Made by a program: the position numbers and the translations under genes
From: a virus
Taxonomy: Duplodnaviria > Caudoviricetes
Direction: 5' to 3' (one strand)
IMG/VR virus record: IMGVR_UViG_3300028072_000159
Coordinates: 1 to 38,438 of that record
Length of the DNA: 38,438 nt
The notes under the pieces: generated by a model
Databases searched by the model: none
Told to the model about the DNA's origin: nothing
The model's input: the letters and a program-made list of their open reading frames with translations, nothing else
In this document: positions 24,870 to 33,366 of the stretch, piece by piece
Numbering within the stretch: position 1 is the first letter of the stretch
Layout of the letters: each line of letters begins with the position of its first letter

Positions 24870-27800
24870 TGTTCCGAGTAAGGCCGCTCGGGGCAAAGCC
24901 TCCGCGCCGCAAGCCCAGGCCCAGAACCAAGCAGGTAGCTGCTGGCCCCTACCGCTCGCAGTCCTCGGTCCCGAGCATCCGCCGCAAAGCGACTCCCCGC
25001 GAACACCGTCGCGTTGCTCCTCCCACCCGGCCCTCTACGCGCCGGGCAACCGCTGCGCTGCGTCCCCGGCTGAAGCCCCCGACCCCTCGCCATAGCGCCG
25101 CGGCCGCTGCTGCGCAAGCCCGCGCCCTGAACACGCTCAAGCGTGGCCTGCGTGCAGCGCCCCCCGACCCCCGGACGGCAATCCAGAAAGCCCGCTACGG
25201 CGGCGTCTTCCTGAACCCCAAACAGGAACGGCAGCTGAGCGACAAGAGGCCCAAGCCGGTCCCCGTGCTGCAACCCGGTCCTTACAGGGCTCAGTCCTCG
25301 GTTCCCTCGGTGCGGCGCAAGGCGAGGACCAAGGAAGTCATCAGCCTGAAGCCGCAGCTCTCCGCCCGCGAGAAATACAACCGGGCCAAGTACGAAAACA
25401 TCGCCGGGCACGAAAACCTCAAGCAGCCCGAAGACCTGACGAACCTGATCACGCTGGGCATCCCGCTCGGTATCGGCGTCTCCCAGATTGCACGCGGGGT
25501 TGCCAAGTACGGGCTGAAGGCATTCACCGCCCAGCTTGAGGAGCAGGCGGCAGGGAAGACGGAGGCGACGATTGCCAAAGCCGCCGCCGCCGCGCGCTCG
25601 CCTGCGACTGGGCTTCGAGCGGCACGCAACATCGCTCGGAGGGCTACCCGCCGCACTCGCATCCCGGTCCCCGAGAGGGCCGCACCGATGTTCACGGCCA
25701 AGGCGCCGGGCACCGCGGCGCTGAAGGCTGCCGCCGGGCAGAGTCTCCCGGTCGTCAGGGGCCACGAGCGGGCGAACCCGGTCAAAACGCTTGAAACGAC
25801 CTCCCACGCGGCCCCGGGCCTGATCGCTGCCCCGGTCGCCCTCGCAGCCTCCCCCTTCACCGCCGCTGGCCGCGTCGTCTCAGAGGGCCTGCACGCGGCC
25901 CACGTGCCCGGCTTCAAGGGCTACAGCGCCTCTGAGATCGCCCAGCCGGTCACGAAGCAGGTCCAGGCCCAGGTCGAATTCGCCAAGCAGACCGCCCGGG
26001 TGCTCACCGCCGACGACCCGAAGGAGGTGCAGAAAGCGGTCGAAGGCGAACTCGGCTACATCTTGCCGATCATGGCTGGCCTCGGAGGCTATGCAGCGGG
26101 CAAGGAGCTGAGCCGTGGGCGCATCACTGAGACCGTGCGGAGCACCGTGGACCGCGCCCGAGCCAAGGTCGGCCGCGAGCATGGGATGCACGGCGGCAAA
26201 GCGCCCAAAGTCTTCGAGCGGGCCGGGCAGCACCGCGAGGTGGCGGTGACCTTCGCCAAGGGCAAGAACCGCCGCCAGATTGAGACCCAGGCGCGCATGG
26301 ACGCGGCGCTGAAGGCCGCCCAGGGGGCGCGGCGCAAAGAGGTCGTGCGCGAGGGCGTACGCCGCTCCAAGCGCCTGCACCGCAAGCGTGACCTTGAAAT
26401 CGCCGATGGCGACGTCGCGAGCTTCCTCCAGCCCCACCCTGAAATCTCACTGGACAATCCGATGCTGGCGCTTGAGGAGGTCAAACGCATCGGGCGCTCC
26501 CTGAAAGAGCTGCCCGAGGGAGTGCACCTGCGCGAGGACCGCATCCACACCCGCGACGTGATCCGCCACATCGAAAGCCACCCCGGCGTCCTGGCCAACC
26601 CCCATGTGATCGAGGCGGTGCGCCAGTACCGTGCCCAGGGCCGCCATGCCCGTACTGTCCCGGGCCTCTCCCCCGAGCACTCAGACCGCGCCCGCTTCCT
26701 CACTGCCGCCATCCGGCGGCGCAACCCGCTCCCCGAGCACATGTTCCCGAAGGAAATCAGGGGCGAGATGCGAGCGAAAGCGACCTACGGCGTTCCCGCG
26801 AAAGAGGTGATGCGGCGAGAGGCCAAGTCTGATCGCTCGCGAGCTCGCAAGCTGCAACGCAAGGCAGCCACGCGTGAGTCCCGCGCCCGGGCCCTGCGCC
26901 GGGAGCTGGCGGTGCGCCAGCGCGCTGAGCCGCACCGCGCCGAAATGAACGCCACCATCGAGGCACGGGCACAGCGCATGGATGCCCAGGCCCGCACCTA
27001 CCGCGAGGGGGCAAAGAAGGCAGCTGAGATGGCGAAGCGCAAGCGCAAGGCCTCCCAGGGCTTCGACAAGGGGCTGAACGAGGAGTTCGTCAAGCGCGAA
27101 GAAGCCCGCCTGCGCAGCGAAGGCGTCAAGGAAATGCCCGAGTACCAGCAGCGCGGTCAGGGTCATGCCCATGAGGCTCCCGCCTTCGGCTCGAACACTG
27201 GGCAACTACCGCGCTGGCCGGGCAAGGCCAAGTTCCGCAAAGGCACGGCCGAGGAGTACGGCATGGTCGAAGAGGGGATCGGCCCGATGCTGCGCTCAAT
27301 CAGCGATTCGGTCTCCCGTCGCGAGTCCTACAAGGCGGTTCGTGAGCTGATCCAAAAACGCCAGTTCGGGAAGACATGGGACTCCGAGGCGGCCGACGCG
27401 CTCTTCAGGGGGCCGGACCCCGTGCTCAACAAGCAGAATTGGATGAAGGTCGATGCCGGGTTCTTCAAACGAGTCTACGACGTGCTCGAAAAAGGCGGCG
27501 AGGAGATCGGGCCTGCCGATGAGCAGTTGATCGCCGACTTGGAGGGGTTGCTGAAAGGCAAGACGACGCTGGCGAAACCGACCCACCGCTACAAGGTGCT
27601 GCCCACGGGCACGATGAAGGAGATCGTGCGCCAGCTCTCAAGCGCCGGGGTCTGGGCCCCAGCGGCGCAGGTGAACCGGGCGACGAACTTCCTCATGCTC
27701 GCCACCTCCCCGGCCTGGGCCGCAGCGCAGGTCTTCGCCGAGGGTGCACAGGCGGTCGTCGCCCAGCCGAAGCTGCTCAATCCCGCCTACGTCCACAGGC

Positions 27801-29284
27801 TGATTCGCGCCTACAAGGAGATGAGCCCGCACGAGCGCTGGGCCTATGACGCCTTCGTGGGCGTGACCAAGCGCGAGATCGCCCGCCCGGAGGAGATCGG
27901 GCTCGGCGTTACCTCCCAGGAGGCCGCCGCCGGACCGGAGGCTTTCACGTGGTTCAACGGGACGGCAGAGGGGCGCACGATCAAGGCGATCCCCCAGTCG
28001 ATCCGCAGCTTCGACCAATGGAAGGGGGGCCGCATCCGCGTCCTCGTCACCGCCGCCAAGCTCGACTCTGAGCTGAACGGCTTCTTGCGCGGCCTGCCCA
28101 AGCTGTACGGGGAGATGGGCAAACAGGCTCGCGCCCTGCGAGGCAAGTCGCTCTCCGAGCAGATGGCCTTCATGGCCGAGCACCCGAAGTGGGCGGAGCG
28201 CTACGGGACCTACCTCGACGACGTGATGGGCAACTGGTCGGCGCTGACCCACAAGGAGCGGATCGCCTCCCAGGTCGTGATCTTCTACCCCTTCCTGCGC
28301 ATGGCGATGCGCTGGTTGCACCGCTACCCCGCTCGCCACCCGCTGAAGGCTGCCGCCCTCGTCTACCTCGGGCAGGCCAACGCCTCGGCGGTGAAGAAGA
28401 TGCTGGGCGGTGCAGAGCCCTCCTACTTCTACCAGTGGGGCCAGGCTCCGCTCTACACGGGCAAGGGAGGCAAAGCCGAAGCCCTGCCGCTGGAACGGAT
28501 TAGCCTCACCCCGGCCCTGATCGAAGCGCTTGGCGAACGAAACGCCGAAGGCCCGCTCGGCGCTCGGCTCCTGCAGTCCGCCCAGCCGGTGATCGGCGCC
28601 GGCCTCGCGGGCCTCTTCGGCCTCAACCCCCTGACGGGGAAACAGGAAGCCCACAGCGCGGTCAACGCCGCCAACCAGTTCCTCTCGCTCTCCCCCATAA
28701 CGCGCGTCGCCAACGAAGCCCTCCTGCCCTCCGGGCGCAAGCGGGCGGCTGGGGCGCCCAACCTCTTCGGCTCGACAGAACGACAGGAAGCCCTGGACAA
28801 GCTCTTCGCGAAGCTGAACGAATACGGGACCCCGAAACGCTACGCACGCAGCCTGGGTGTCCCCTTCCTACCCCGCGACTCCTCCTATGAGACCGACCTG
28901 GTCCGGTTGCGCAATATCCTCAAAACGCTCGCGAAGAGCGGCACTGACGCGAAGAAAGAACTGGCGGTCGAAGCCGCGAAGAAGGGGATCGGGCGCTCAG
29001 CAATCGAACGCGAAAGGCTGCGCGAAGCGGGGCTGCGCCGGGCAGCGGTGATGAAAGGCACCTACAGGCGTGCCAATGCGGCCCTGGACCGGATGCTTGC
29101 GAAATACAAAGTCCCCTTCAAGAAAGAGGAGAAGGAATTCCTCGACCTGTACGGCGAGGTGTACTACGAATCCAAGCCCCGGCATCGCGGCGACGTGCAG
29201 TTCTTCGATACGAGAGCCGGGAGGCCAGACCCCACCAGCAAACGCGGCTCGGTCCGCGTCTTCCAGCCAAGCGCCTTCAAATGA
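24869..29284 (+). CDS. Large internal virion / DNA ejection protein (1471 aa)
   Basis: Size and position; IFYPFLRMA and GLNPLTGK motifs seen in podovirus ejection proteins; Arg-rich N-terminus. Confidence 0.75.
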   Translation: MFRVRPLGAKPPRRKPRPRTKQVAAGPYRSQSSVPSIRRKATPREHRRVAPPTRPSTRRATAALRPRLKPPTPRHSAAAAAAQARALNTLKRGLRAAPPDPRTAIQKARYGGVFLNPKQERQLSDKRPKPVPVLQPGPYRAQSSVPSVRRKARTKEVISLKPQLSAREKYNRAKYENIAGHENLKQPEDLTNLITLGIPLGIGVSQIARGVAKYGLKAFTAQLEEQAAGKTEATIAKAAAAARSPATGLRAARNIARRATRRTRIPVPERAAPMFTAKAPGTAALKAAAGQSLPVVRGHERANPVKTLETTSHAAPGLIAAPVALAASPFTAAGRVVSEGLHAAHVPGFKGYSASEIAQPVTKQVQAQVEFAKQTARVLTADDPKEVQKAVEGELGYILPIMAGLGGYAAGKELSRGRITETVRSTVDRARAKVGREHGMHGGKAPKVFERAGQHREVAVTFAKGKNRRQIETQARMDAALKAAQGARRKEVVREGVRRSKRLHRKRDLEIADGDVASFLQPHPEISLDNPMLALEEVKRIGRSLKELPEGVHLREDRIHTRDVIRHIESHPGVLANPHVIEAVRQYRAQGRHARTVPGLSPEHSDRARFLTAAIRRRNPLPEHMFPKEIRGEMRAKATYGVPAKEVMRREAKSDRSRARKLQRKAATRESRARALRRELAVRQRAEPHRAEMNATIEARAQRMDAQARTYREGAKKAAEMAKRKRKASQGFDKGLNEEFVKREEARLRSEGVKEMPEYQQRGQGHAHEAPAFGSNTGQLPRWPGKAKFRKGTAEEYGMVEEGIGPMLRSISDSVSRRESYKAVRELIQKRQFGKTWDSEAADALFRGPDPVLNKQNWMKVDAGFFKRVYDVLEKGGEEIGPADEQLIADLEGLLKGKTTLAKPTHRYKVLPTGTMKEIVRQLSSAGVWAPAAQVNRATNFLMLATSPAWAAAQVFAEGAQAVVAQPKLLNPAYVHRLIRAYKEMSPHERWAYDAFVGVTKREIARPEEIGLGVTSQEAAAGPEAFTWFNGTAEGRTIKAIPQSIRSFDQWKGGRIRVLVTAAKLDSELNGFLRGLPKLYGEMGKQARALRGKSLSEQMAFMAEHPKWAERYGTYLDDVMGNWSALTHKERIASQVVIFYPFLRMAMRWLHRYPARHPLKAAALVYLGQANASAVKKMLGGAEPSYFYQWGQAPLYTGKGGKAEALPLERISLTPALIEALGERNAEGPLGARLLQSAQPVIGAGLAGLFGLNPLTGKQEAHSAVNAANQFLSLSPITRVANEALLPSGRKRAAGAPNLFGSTERQEALDKLFAKLNEYGTPKRYARSLGVPFLPRDSSYETDLVRLRNILKTLAKSGTDAKKELAVEAAKKGIGRSAIERERLREAGLRRAAVMKGTYRRANAALDRMLAKYKVPFKKEEKEFLDLYGEVYYESKPRHRGDVQFFDTRAGRPDPTSKRGSVRVFQPSAFK

Positions 29285-29328
29285 GCCCCCGCCATCGCCA
29301 GGTCCGCTGAGGCCGCCAGAATAGTCCA

Positions 29329-29400
29329 ATGCCCTTGATCTCTATCTTGATCCTGGTCCTCATCGTCTTGGGGATCATCTACCTGATCCGCCACTTCTGA
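29329..29400 (+). CDS. 23-aa hydrophobic peptide (MPLISILILVLIVLGIIYLIRHF)
   Basis: Single transmembrane-length ORF in the intergenic gap. Confidence 0.6.
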   Translation: MPLISILILVLIVLGIIYLIRHF

Positions 29401-29412
29401 GCGAGCAGCGAC

Positions 29413-29811
29413 GTGAGCGCCGAGGAGGTGTCGCTGCACGAATACGTGGACCGGCTGATCGCCGACCTCGACCGGCGCTTCGCAGACCTGAGGACCGCCG
29501 ACCAGCTTGCCGTGAAGGCAGCCCTGGCCGCCGCCGAGAAGGCCGTCGAGACGGCCAAGATCGCCTCTGACGAACACCTGAAAGCGCACAACGACGTGCT
29601 CGACGGCTGGAAGACAGACCGGTCTACCTTCGTCACCCGCGAGGCTATCGAGGAACGCAGCCGCCATGTCGATGCCCTGCGAGAGGCCGACAAAGCCGCC
29701 AGCGACGCGCGCTTCAAGCGCCTCGAATCCTTCCAGGCCAGGATGCTCGGAGGCATCGGTGTGCTTGCCGTCATCGGGCTCGGGAACCTAATAAAGCTAT
29801 GGCTGGCCTGA
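29413..29811 (+). CDS. Coiled-coil protein with C-terminal TM helix (lysis region)
   Basis: AVKAALAAAEKAV...TFVTRE; hydrophobic C-terminus. Confidence 0.75.
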   Translation: MSAEEVSLHEYVDRLIADLDRRFADLRTADQLAVKAALAAAEKAVETAKIASDEHLKAHNDVLDGWKTDRSTFVTREAIEERSRHVDALREADKAASDARFKRLESFQARMLGGIGVLAVIGLGNLIKLWLA

Positions 29812-29827
29812 TGGGCGGGACTGGCCC

Positions 29828-30076
29828 ATGAGCCCCGCTGAATCGGTTGAGGAACGGCTGCGCGCCCTGGAGCAGGCCGTCTGGGGTATACGCGGGGAGA
29901 ACGGGCTGATCCAGATCCTGAAAGGAGTGCGCGAAGACATCGGCGCCTGGCGCAAGGAAGACATCGCGCGCCGCGAAGCCTCCCAGCGGGCGCTTGCGAT
30001 CGCGCTCCTGGCCGCTACCGTATCTCTGATCGGAACCGTGGCAGCGTTGCTAACCGTCCTGACAGTGGGGCACTGA
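29828..30076 (+). CDS. Membrane protein (lysis region)
   Basis: AVWGIRGENGLI; C-terminal TM helix. Confidence 0.7.
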   Translation: MSPAESVEERLRALEQAVWGIRGENGLIQILKGVREDIGAWRKEDIARREASQRALAIALLAATVSLIGTVAALLTVLTVGH

Positions 30077-30615
30077 TGACGCCCGTAACCAGGCTGGAGC
30101 AATGGATTGCACCCAGAGTGCTCCCCTTGCTTTGCATCGTCTCCGTGCTGGTCGTGGGCGGCGGCATCGCCCTCTACGTGATCCGAGAACACGACCTGGG
30201 GCGGATCGAAAAGCTAGAGCGAGTGATCTCCTGCCAGGACACCCGCGCCTGCAGGCGCTTCATCTACCGGGCGATCCGCGACCTGATGCGCCAGCGCGAA
30301 GCCGAAGCGCACAAGGCAGGACCGCAGAGGTCAGGGGCAACGCTCAACCTCGCCCCGTTGAACGAACCCGGCCTGGCAGGGCTGATCGCCCCGTCTGGGC
30401 CTCTCGTGGCGCCTCCTGCGCCCTCGGGGTCCAAAACAAGGGCCAGAGCACCCGAGGGGACGAAACGAGCGCCCAGGCCGCACAAGGTGGCCCCTCAGCC
30501 CGAACCTGCGCCGCCTACGGACACGGCGCCGGGCAACTCGCCTGACAACGGCCACGGCGTCAAAGCCTGCGTGAACCTCGTCGCGAACCCCTGCGTCGAA
30601 GTGGGGACGCCCTAA
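30076..30615 (+). CDS. Membrane-anchored Pro-rich protein
   Basis: N-terminal TM helix, two Cys pairs, Pro-rich linker. Confidence 0.7.
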   Translation: MTPVTRLEQWIAPRVLPLLCIVSVLVVGGGIALYVIREHDLGRIEKLERVISCQDTRACRRFIYRAIRDLMRQREAEAHKAGPQRSGATLNLAPLNEPGLAGLIAPSGPLVAPPAPSGSKTRARAPEGTKRAPRPHKVAPQPEPAPPTDTAPGNSPDNGHGVKACVNLVANPCVEVGTP

Positions 30616-30877
30616 ATTTAGCCGCAGGGCTAAAGCGTTCTAAAAGCAGCGGCCCGGCGGTTGCGGCGTGTCTAACCGTGACGAATTCCGCTGCCAATTC
30701 GCACCGACCACGAGGTAGCACGTGCGGCCCCTCGCGCGCCTCTCTGACGGGCACTCACCGGTTACCCGAAGCCAATGCCACTCGGCCCGCCCGGCACCCT
30801 ACCAGAAGCTCTGACCGCCGCGCTTGCGAGGCTACTTCTACTTGCAAGCCACATGCAAAGAAAGCGAGTAGAGGAGC
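30616..30877 (+). promoter_or_regulatory. Long structured leader of the endolysin gene with alternative RBS-sequestering folds
   Basis: Hairpin 30646-30694, possible pseudoknot 30700-30734, competing stems over 30822-30877. Confidence 0.55.
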
Positions 30878-31828
30878 ATGAGATACGCCGTTCTTGACGG
30901 GTGCCCCGTCCCCAGGCCGCTGTACCCGATCCTCAAGAAGCTGAAGAAGGAGACGGGCTGCACCTACAACTCCCTCTACCGGGGCGATGACGTAGCTGGC
31001 ATCCTGCACCGCTACGGCAAGCACACCCAGCGCGAGCTCTACGAAACCCTGCCGCCGGGGATGGCCAACCCGCCAGACCGCGGCACGCACATCCTGCGCG
31101 GGGACGGCGTGGTCGGGAAGCTCTTCGCGAAGCTGAAGTTCTGGCAGTGCGGGATCGACCTGGACGATGCCTATGTGGACGACGTGATCGCGGCCGCTGC
31201 GGAGCACGGCTGGGAGCTCTACCGGCCCTACTCCTCAGGGAGCGAGTACCACCACCTGAACTTCGCCTCCAAGCCACGCCGCTGGAAGGCCTTCTTCCAT
31301 CACGTCTTCGGCCCGAAGAAAAAGCCCCACGCGGTCCACAAGCCCCGGCGGCGCAAGCCGAAGGCCAAGGCCCCCGTGCATGTCCACCCTTCGGCCCTCT
31401 CGAACCAGGGCGCCAAGTTCATTGCGGGCTTCGAGGGCTTCCGGGCCGATGCCTATTGGGACCAATGGGGCAGCGTCTGGACGATCGGGTTTGGGCATAC
31501 GGGAGGCGTCAGGCCGGGCGAGAAGGTAACCAAGGAGCAAGCGCTGAAGGTGCTGCGAGAAGACGCGGCAACCGCCGGGCAAGCGGTCAAGGATCTCGTA
31601 GACGTAGAGCTGAGCCAGAAGCAGTTCGATGCCCTCGTGTCCTTTTGCTTCAACCTCGGCGGCGGGGCACTTGCCGAATCGACGCTCCTGAAGAAGCTCA
31701 ACCGGGGCGATTACAAGGGAGCCCAGCACCAGTTCGGGCGCTGGGTACATGCAGGCGGGCAGGTGCTGCCCGGCCTGGTCAAGCGGCGAGCCGCTGAGGC
31801 TCGCCTGTTCGGAGGAGGTAGCTACTGA
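30878..31828 (+). CDS. Endolysin: M15-like Zn peptidase + GH24 phage lysozyme
   Basis: N-terminal SLYR...TQRELY...ANPPDRGTH...GID...EYHHLNF; C-terminal FEGFRADAYWD...WTIGFGHT, QFDALVSFCFNLG, GLVKRRAAE. Confidence 0.9.
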   Translation: MRYAVLDGCPVPRPLYPILKKLKKETGCTYNSLYRGDDVAGILHRYGKHTQRELYETLPPGMANPPDRGTHILRGDGVVGKLFAKLKFWQCGIDLDDAYVDDVIAAAAEHGWELYRPYSSGSEYHHLNFASKPRRWKAFFHHVFGPKKKPHAVHKPRRRKPKAKAPVHVHPSALSNQGAKFIAGFEGFRADAYWDQWGSVWTIGFGHTGGVRPGEKVTKEQALKVLREDAATAGQAVKDLVDVELSQKQFDALVSFCFNLGGGALAESTLLKKLNRGDYKGAQHQFGRWVHAGGQVLPGLVKRRAAEARLFGGGSY

Positions 31829-31992
31829 TGGACGCAGGAGAAACCACGACCGGGGCAGCGACCGCAGGCGCGGCCTTCGGCGGTATCGTCGGCTGGGTCG
31901 CCTCGGCGGTAACTGGACTTGACACAGCACCGATCAGTGGCGGGCTCGCTACGCTTGGGGCCTTCACCTTCTCGATTGTCTTCCCACGGTGA
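31828..31992 (+). CDS. Holin-like small membrane protein
   Basis: GGAGG RBS; TGATG coupling to endolysin; two hydrophobic segments in 54 aa. Confidence 0.65.
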   Translation: MDAGETTTGAATAGAAFGGIVGWVASAVTGLDTAPISGGLATLGAFTFSIVFPR

Positions 31993-32327
31993 ACACGGCC
32001 CGCAAGGGGTCGAGCGGGGAGCTGTTCGCCGCCGCGCGCCTCGAAGCGATGGGCTACGTCGTGGCCTCTCGCCGCCACATCGGGGGGGCGGGGGACCTGC
32101 TCGCCATCCACCCCAACCCCTACCAGGAACCGCCGCTCGGGCCCTCCCTGCTCGCCGAGGTCAAGGCCCGCAAGAACCCCTATGAGGGCTTCCGCAGGGC
32201 GGACCGCCGCGAGATGTTGGACACCCCGCTGCCCCCCGGTGGCGTCCGCTACCTGGCGGTGGTCCGGGGGTCGGGCGATAACAGGAGCCTCGAATGGATC
32301 GATGAAAAAAGCTGGCCCGCCTGCTAG
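31989..32327 (+). CDS. PD-(D/E)XK nuclease, Hjc-like Holliday junction resolvase
   Basis: RKGSSGELFAAARLEAMGY...GDLLAI...LAEVKA. Confidence 0.8.
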   Translation: MNTARKGSSGELFAAARLEAMGYVVASRRHIGGAGDLLAIHPNPYQEPPLGPSLLAEVKARKNPYEGFRRADRREMLDTPLPPGGVRYLAVVRGSGDNRSLEWIDEKSWPAC

Positions 32328-32410
32328 GGTGCGGGCCACATAGAGGAGAGCCTGCACTGGTTCGTTGTGGTGTTATCCCTCTGTCTCTCCTCGCATATAG
32401 CCGTTCGAGC

Positions 32411-32450
32411 AACGACAGGCGCCTCCGCGAAAGCAGGGGCGTTTGTCGTT
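32411..32450 (+). terminator. Intrinsic terminator at the end of the late region
   Basis: AACGACAGGCGCCTC...GGGGCGTTTGTCGTT long hairpin with GAAA loop. Confidence 0.7.
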
Positions 32451-32474
32451 AAGCTGCCCACGTAGACAGGAGCG

Positions 32475-32556
32475 AGGGCCGGAGCCGTTCGCTTATTGCC
32501 CGGCAGGCGAAAGCTGAGCCGGGTGCGGGTATAAACCGCCGGGCGGTTCCGGCCCT
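32475..32556 (+). ncRNA. Candidate three-way-junction RNA
   Basis: 17-bp closing stem with G-U pairs, GAAA-capped arm and a 4-bp arm with 7-nt loop. Confidence 0.5.
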
Positions 32557-32612
32557 ACAAACTTTGACTGGTCGTGTACTCTTTCCTTGCAAATTCCTTG
32601 AGAGGAGAGAGG

Positions 32613-32780
32613 ATGCAAATGACCGATAGGCTCAAAGTCGGCGATTGGAGCCAACATCCCACCCAGGCCCAGGCCGACCGCCGCGCGGAAAGCTACGAAA
32701 GCCAAGGCTGGCTGACGCGCACTACGGACAGAGGCTACCCCCACTACCGCTACCGGGTTGAAATCGTGGGCAAGCGATGA
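32613..32780 (+). CDS. Hypothetical protein
   Basis: GAGAGGAGAGAGG RBS; ATGA overlap. Confidence 0.65.
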   Translation: MQMTDRLKVGDWSQHPTQAQADRRAESYESQGWLTRTTDRGYPHYRYRVEIVGKR

Positions 32781-33112
32781 GCAGCCCGGTAGGCAAGCGA
32801 GCCGGGACCCCGCCTCTAGACCCAGCCCAAGTCAGGGCCATCGCCACACCCCGCAGGGCAGCGATCATGCTGGCCCTGCACGAGCCGAAGTCAGTGAAGC
32901 TCCTGGCCCAGGAGATCATCGACACTGCCCCGAACGAGGAGGGCTTCTCGCGCTTTTGCTACGACGTGAAAGCCCTCCGCGAGGCCGGCTTGATCGCCAT
33001 AGAGCGACTAGTCCCACGGCGGGGCGCTACAGAACATGTCTACAAGAGGACCGACGCCTTCGGCGCGACGCTGCGCTCGGTTGCGTGGAGCATCGTGGAG
33101 CCCTGGGTATGA
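32777..33112 (+). CDS. Winged-helix (ArsR-like) transcriptional regulator
   Basis: AIATPRRAAIMLAL..PKSVKLLA...YDVKALREAGLI...RRGATEHVY. Confidence 0.8.
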   Translation: MSSPVGKRAGTPPLDPAQVRAIATPRRAAIMLALHEPKSVKLLAQEIIDTAPNEEGFSRFCYDVKALREAGLIAIERLVPRRGATEHVYKRTDAFGATLRSVAWSIVEPWV

Positions 33113-33366
33113 AGGTGTCCGAGGAGTTCGTGGATGCCGTACGAGCGACCCCGGCTGGGCGTGCTATCGGTTATTTCGATGCTGAACTGATCCTCGAAGC
33201 TGTGCTACCGAAAGTGCGGGAGCGGCTGCTGAGCGAGGAATCCCAAGCGCTAGCGGTCACGGCGTTCTACACGACAAAGAAGGGCCCGCCATCCAAGCCC
33301 GACAGGCGGATGGAGCAGGCATTGCGAGCCGCTTTCGACGCCGCCTCCCCCGAGGAGACCCCGTGA
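33109..33366 (+). CDS. Hypothetical protein
   Basis: ATGA/GTGA overlaps; KVRERLLSEE motif. Confidence 0.65.
   Translation: MKVSEEFVDAVRATPAGRAIGYFDAELILEAVLPKVRERLLSEESQALAVTAFYTTKKGPPSKPDRRMEQALRAAFDAASPEETP

Noticed and set aside
21616-29284. Diversity-generating retroelement or alternative genetic code
   Set aside because: No reverse transcriptase or TR/VR pair seen; core genes are intact under the standard code with all three stop codons in use.
30646-30696. Second tRNA (GCAGCGG...CCGCTGCCA)
   Set aside because: Only about 50 nt with no D or T arm; a simple hairpin.
30700-30820. Known riboswitch (c-di-AMP, ZTP, guanidine)
   Set aside because: Conserved core motifs as I recall them are not present in the right order; an Rfam scan is needed.
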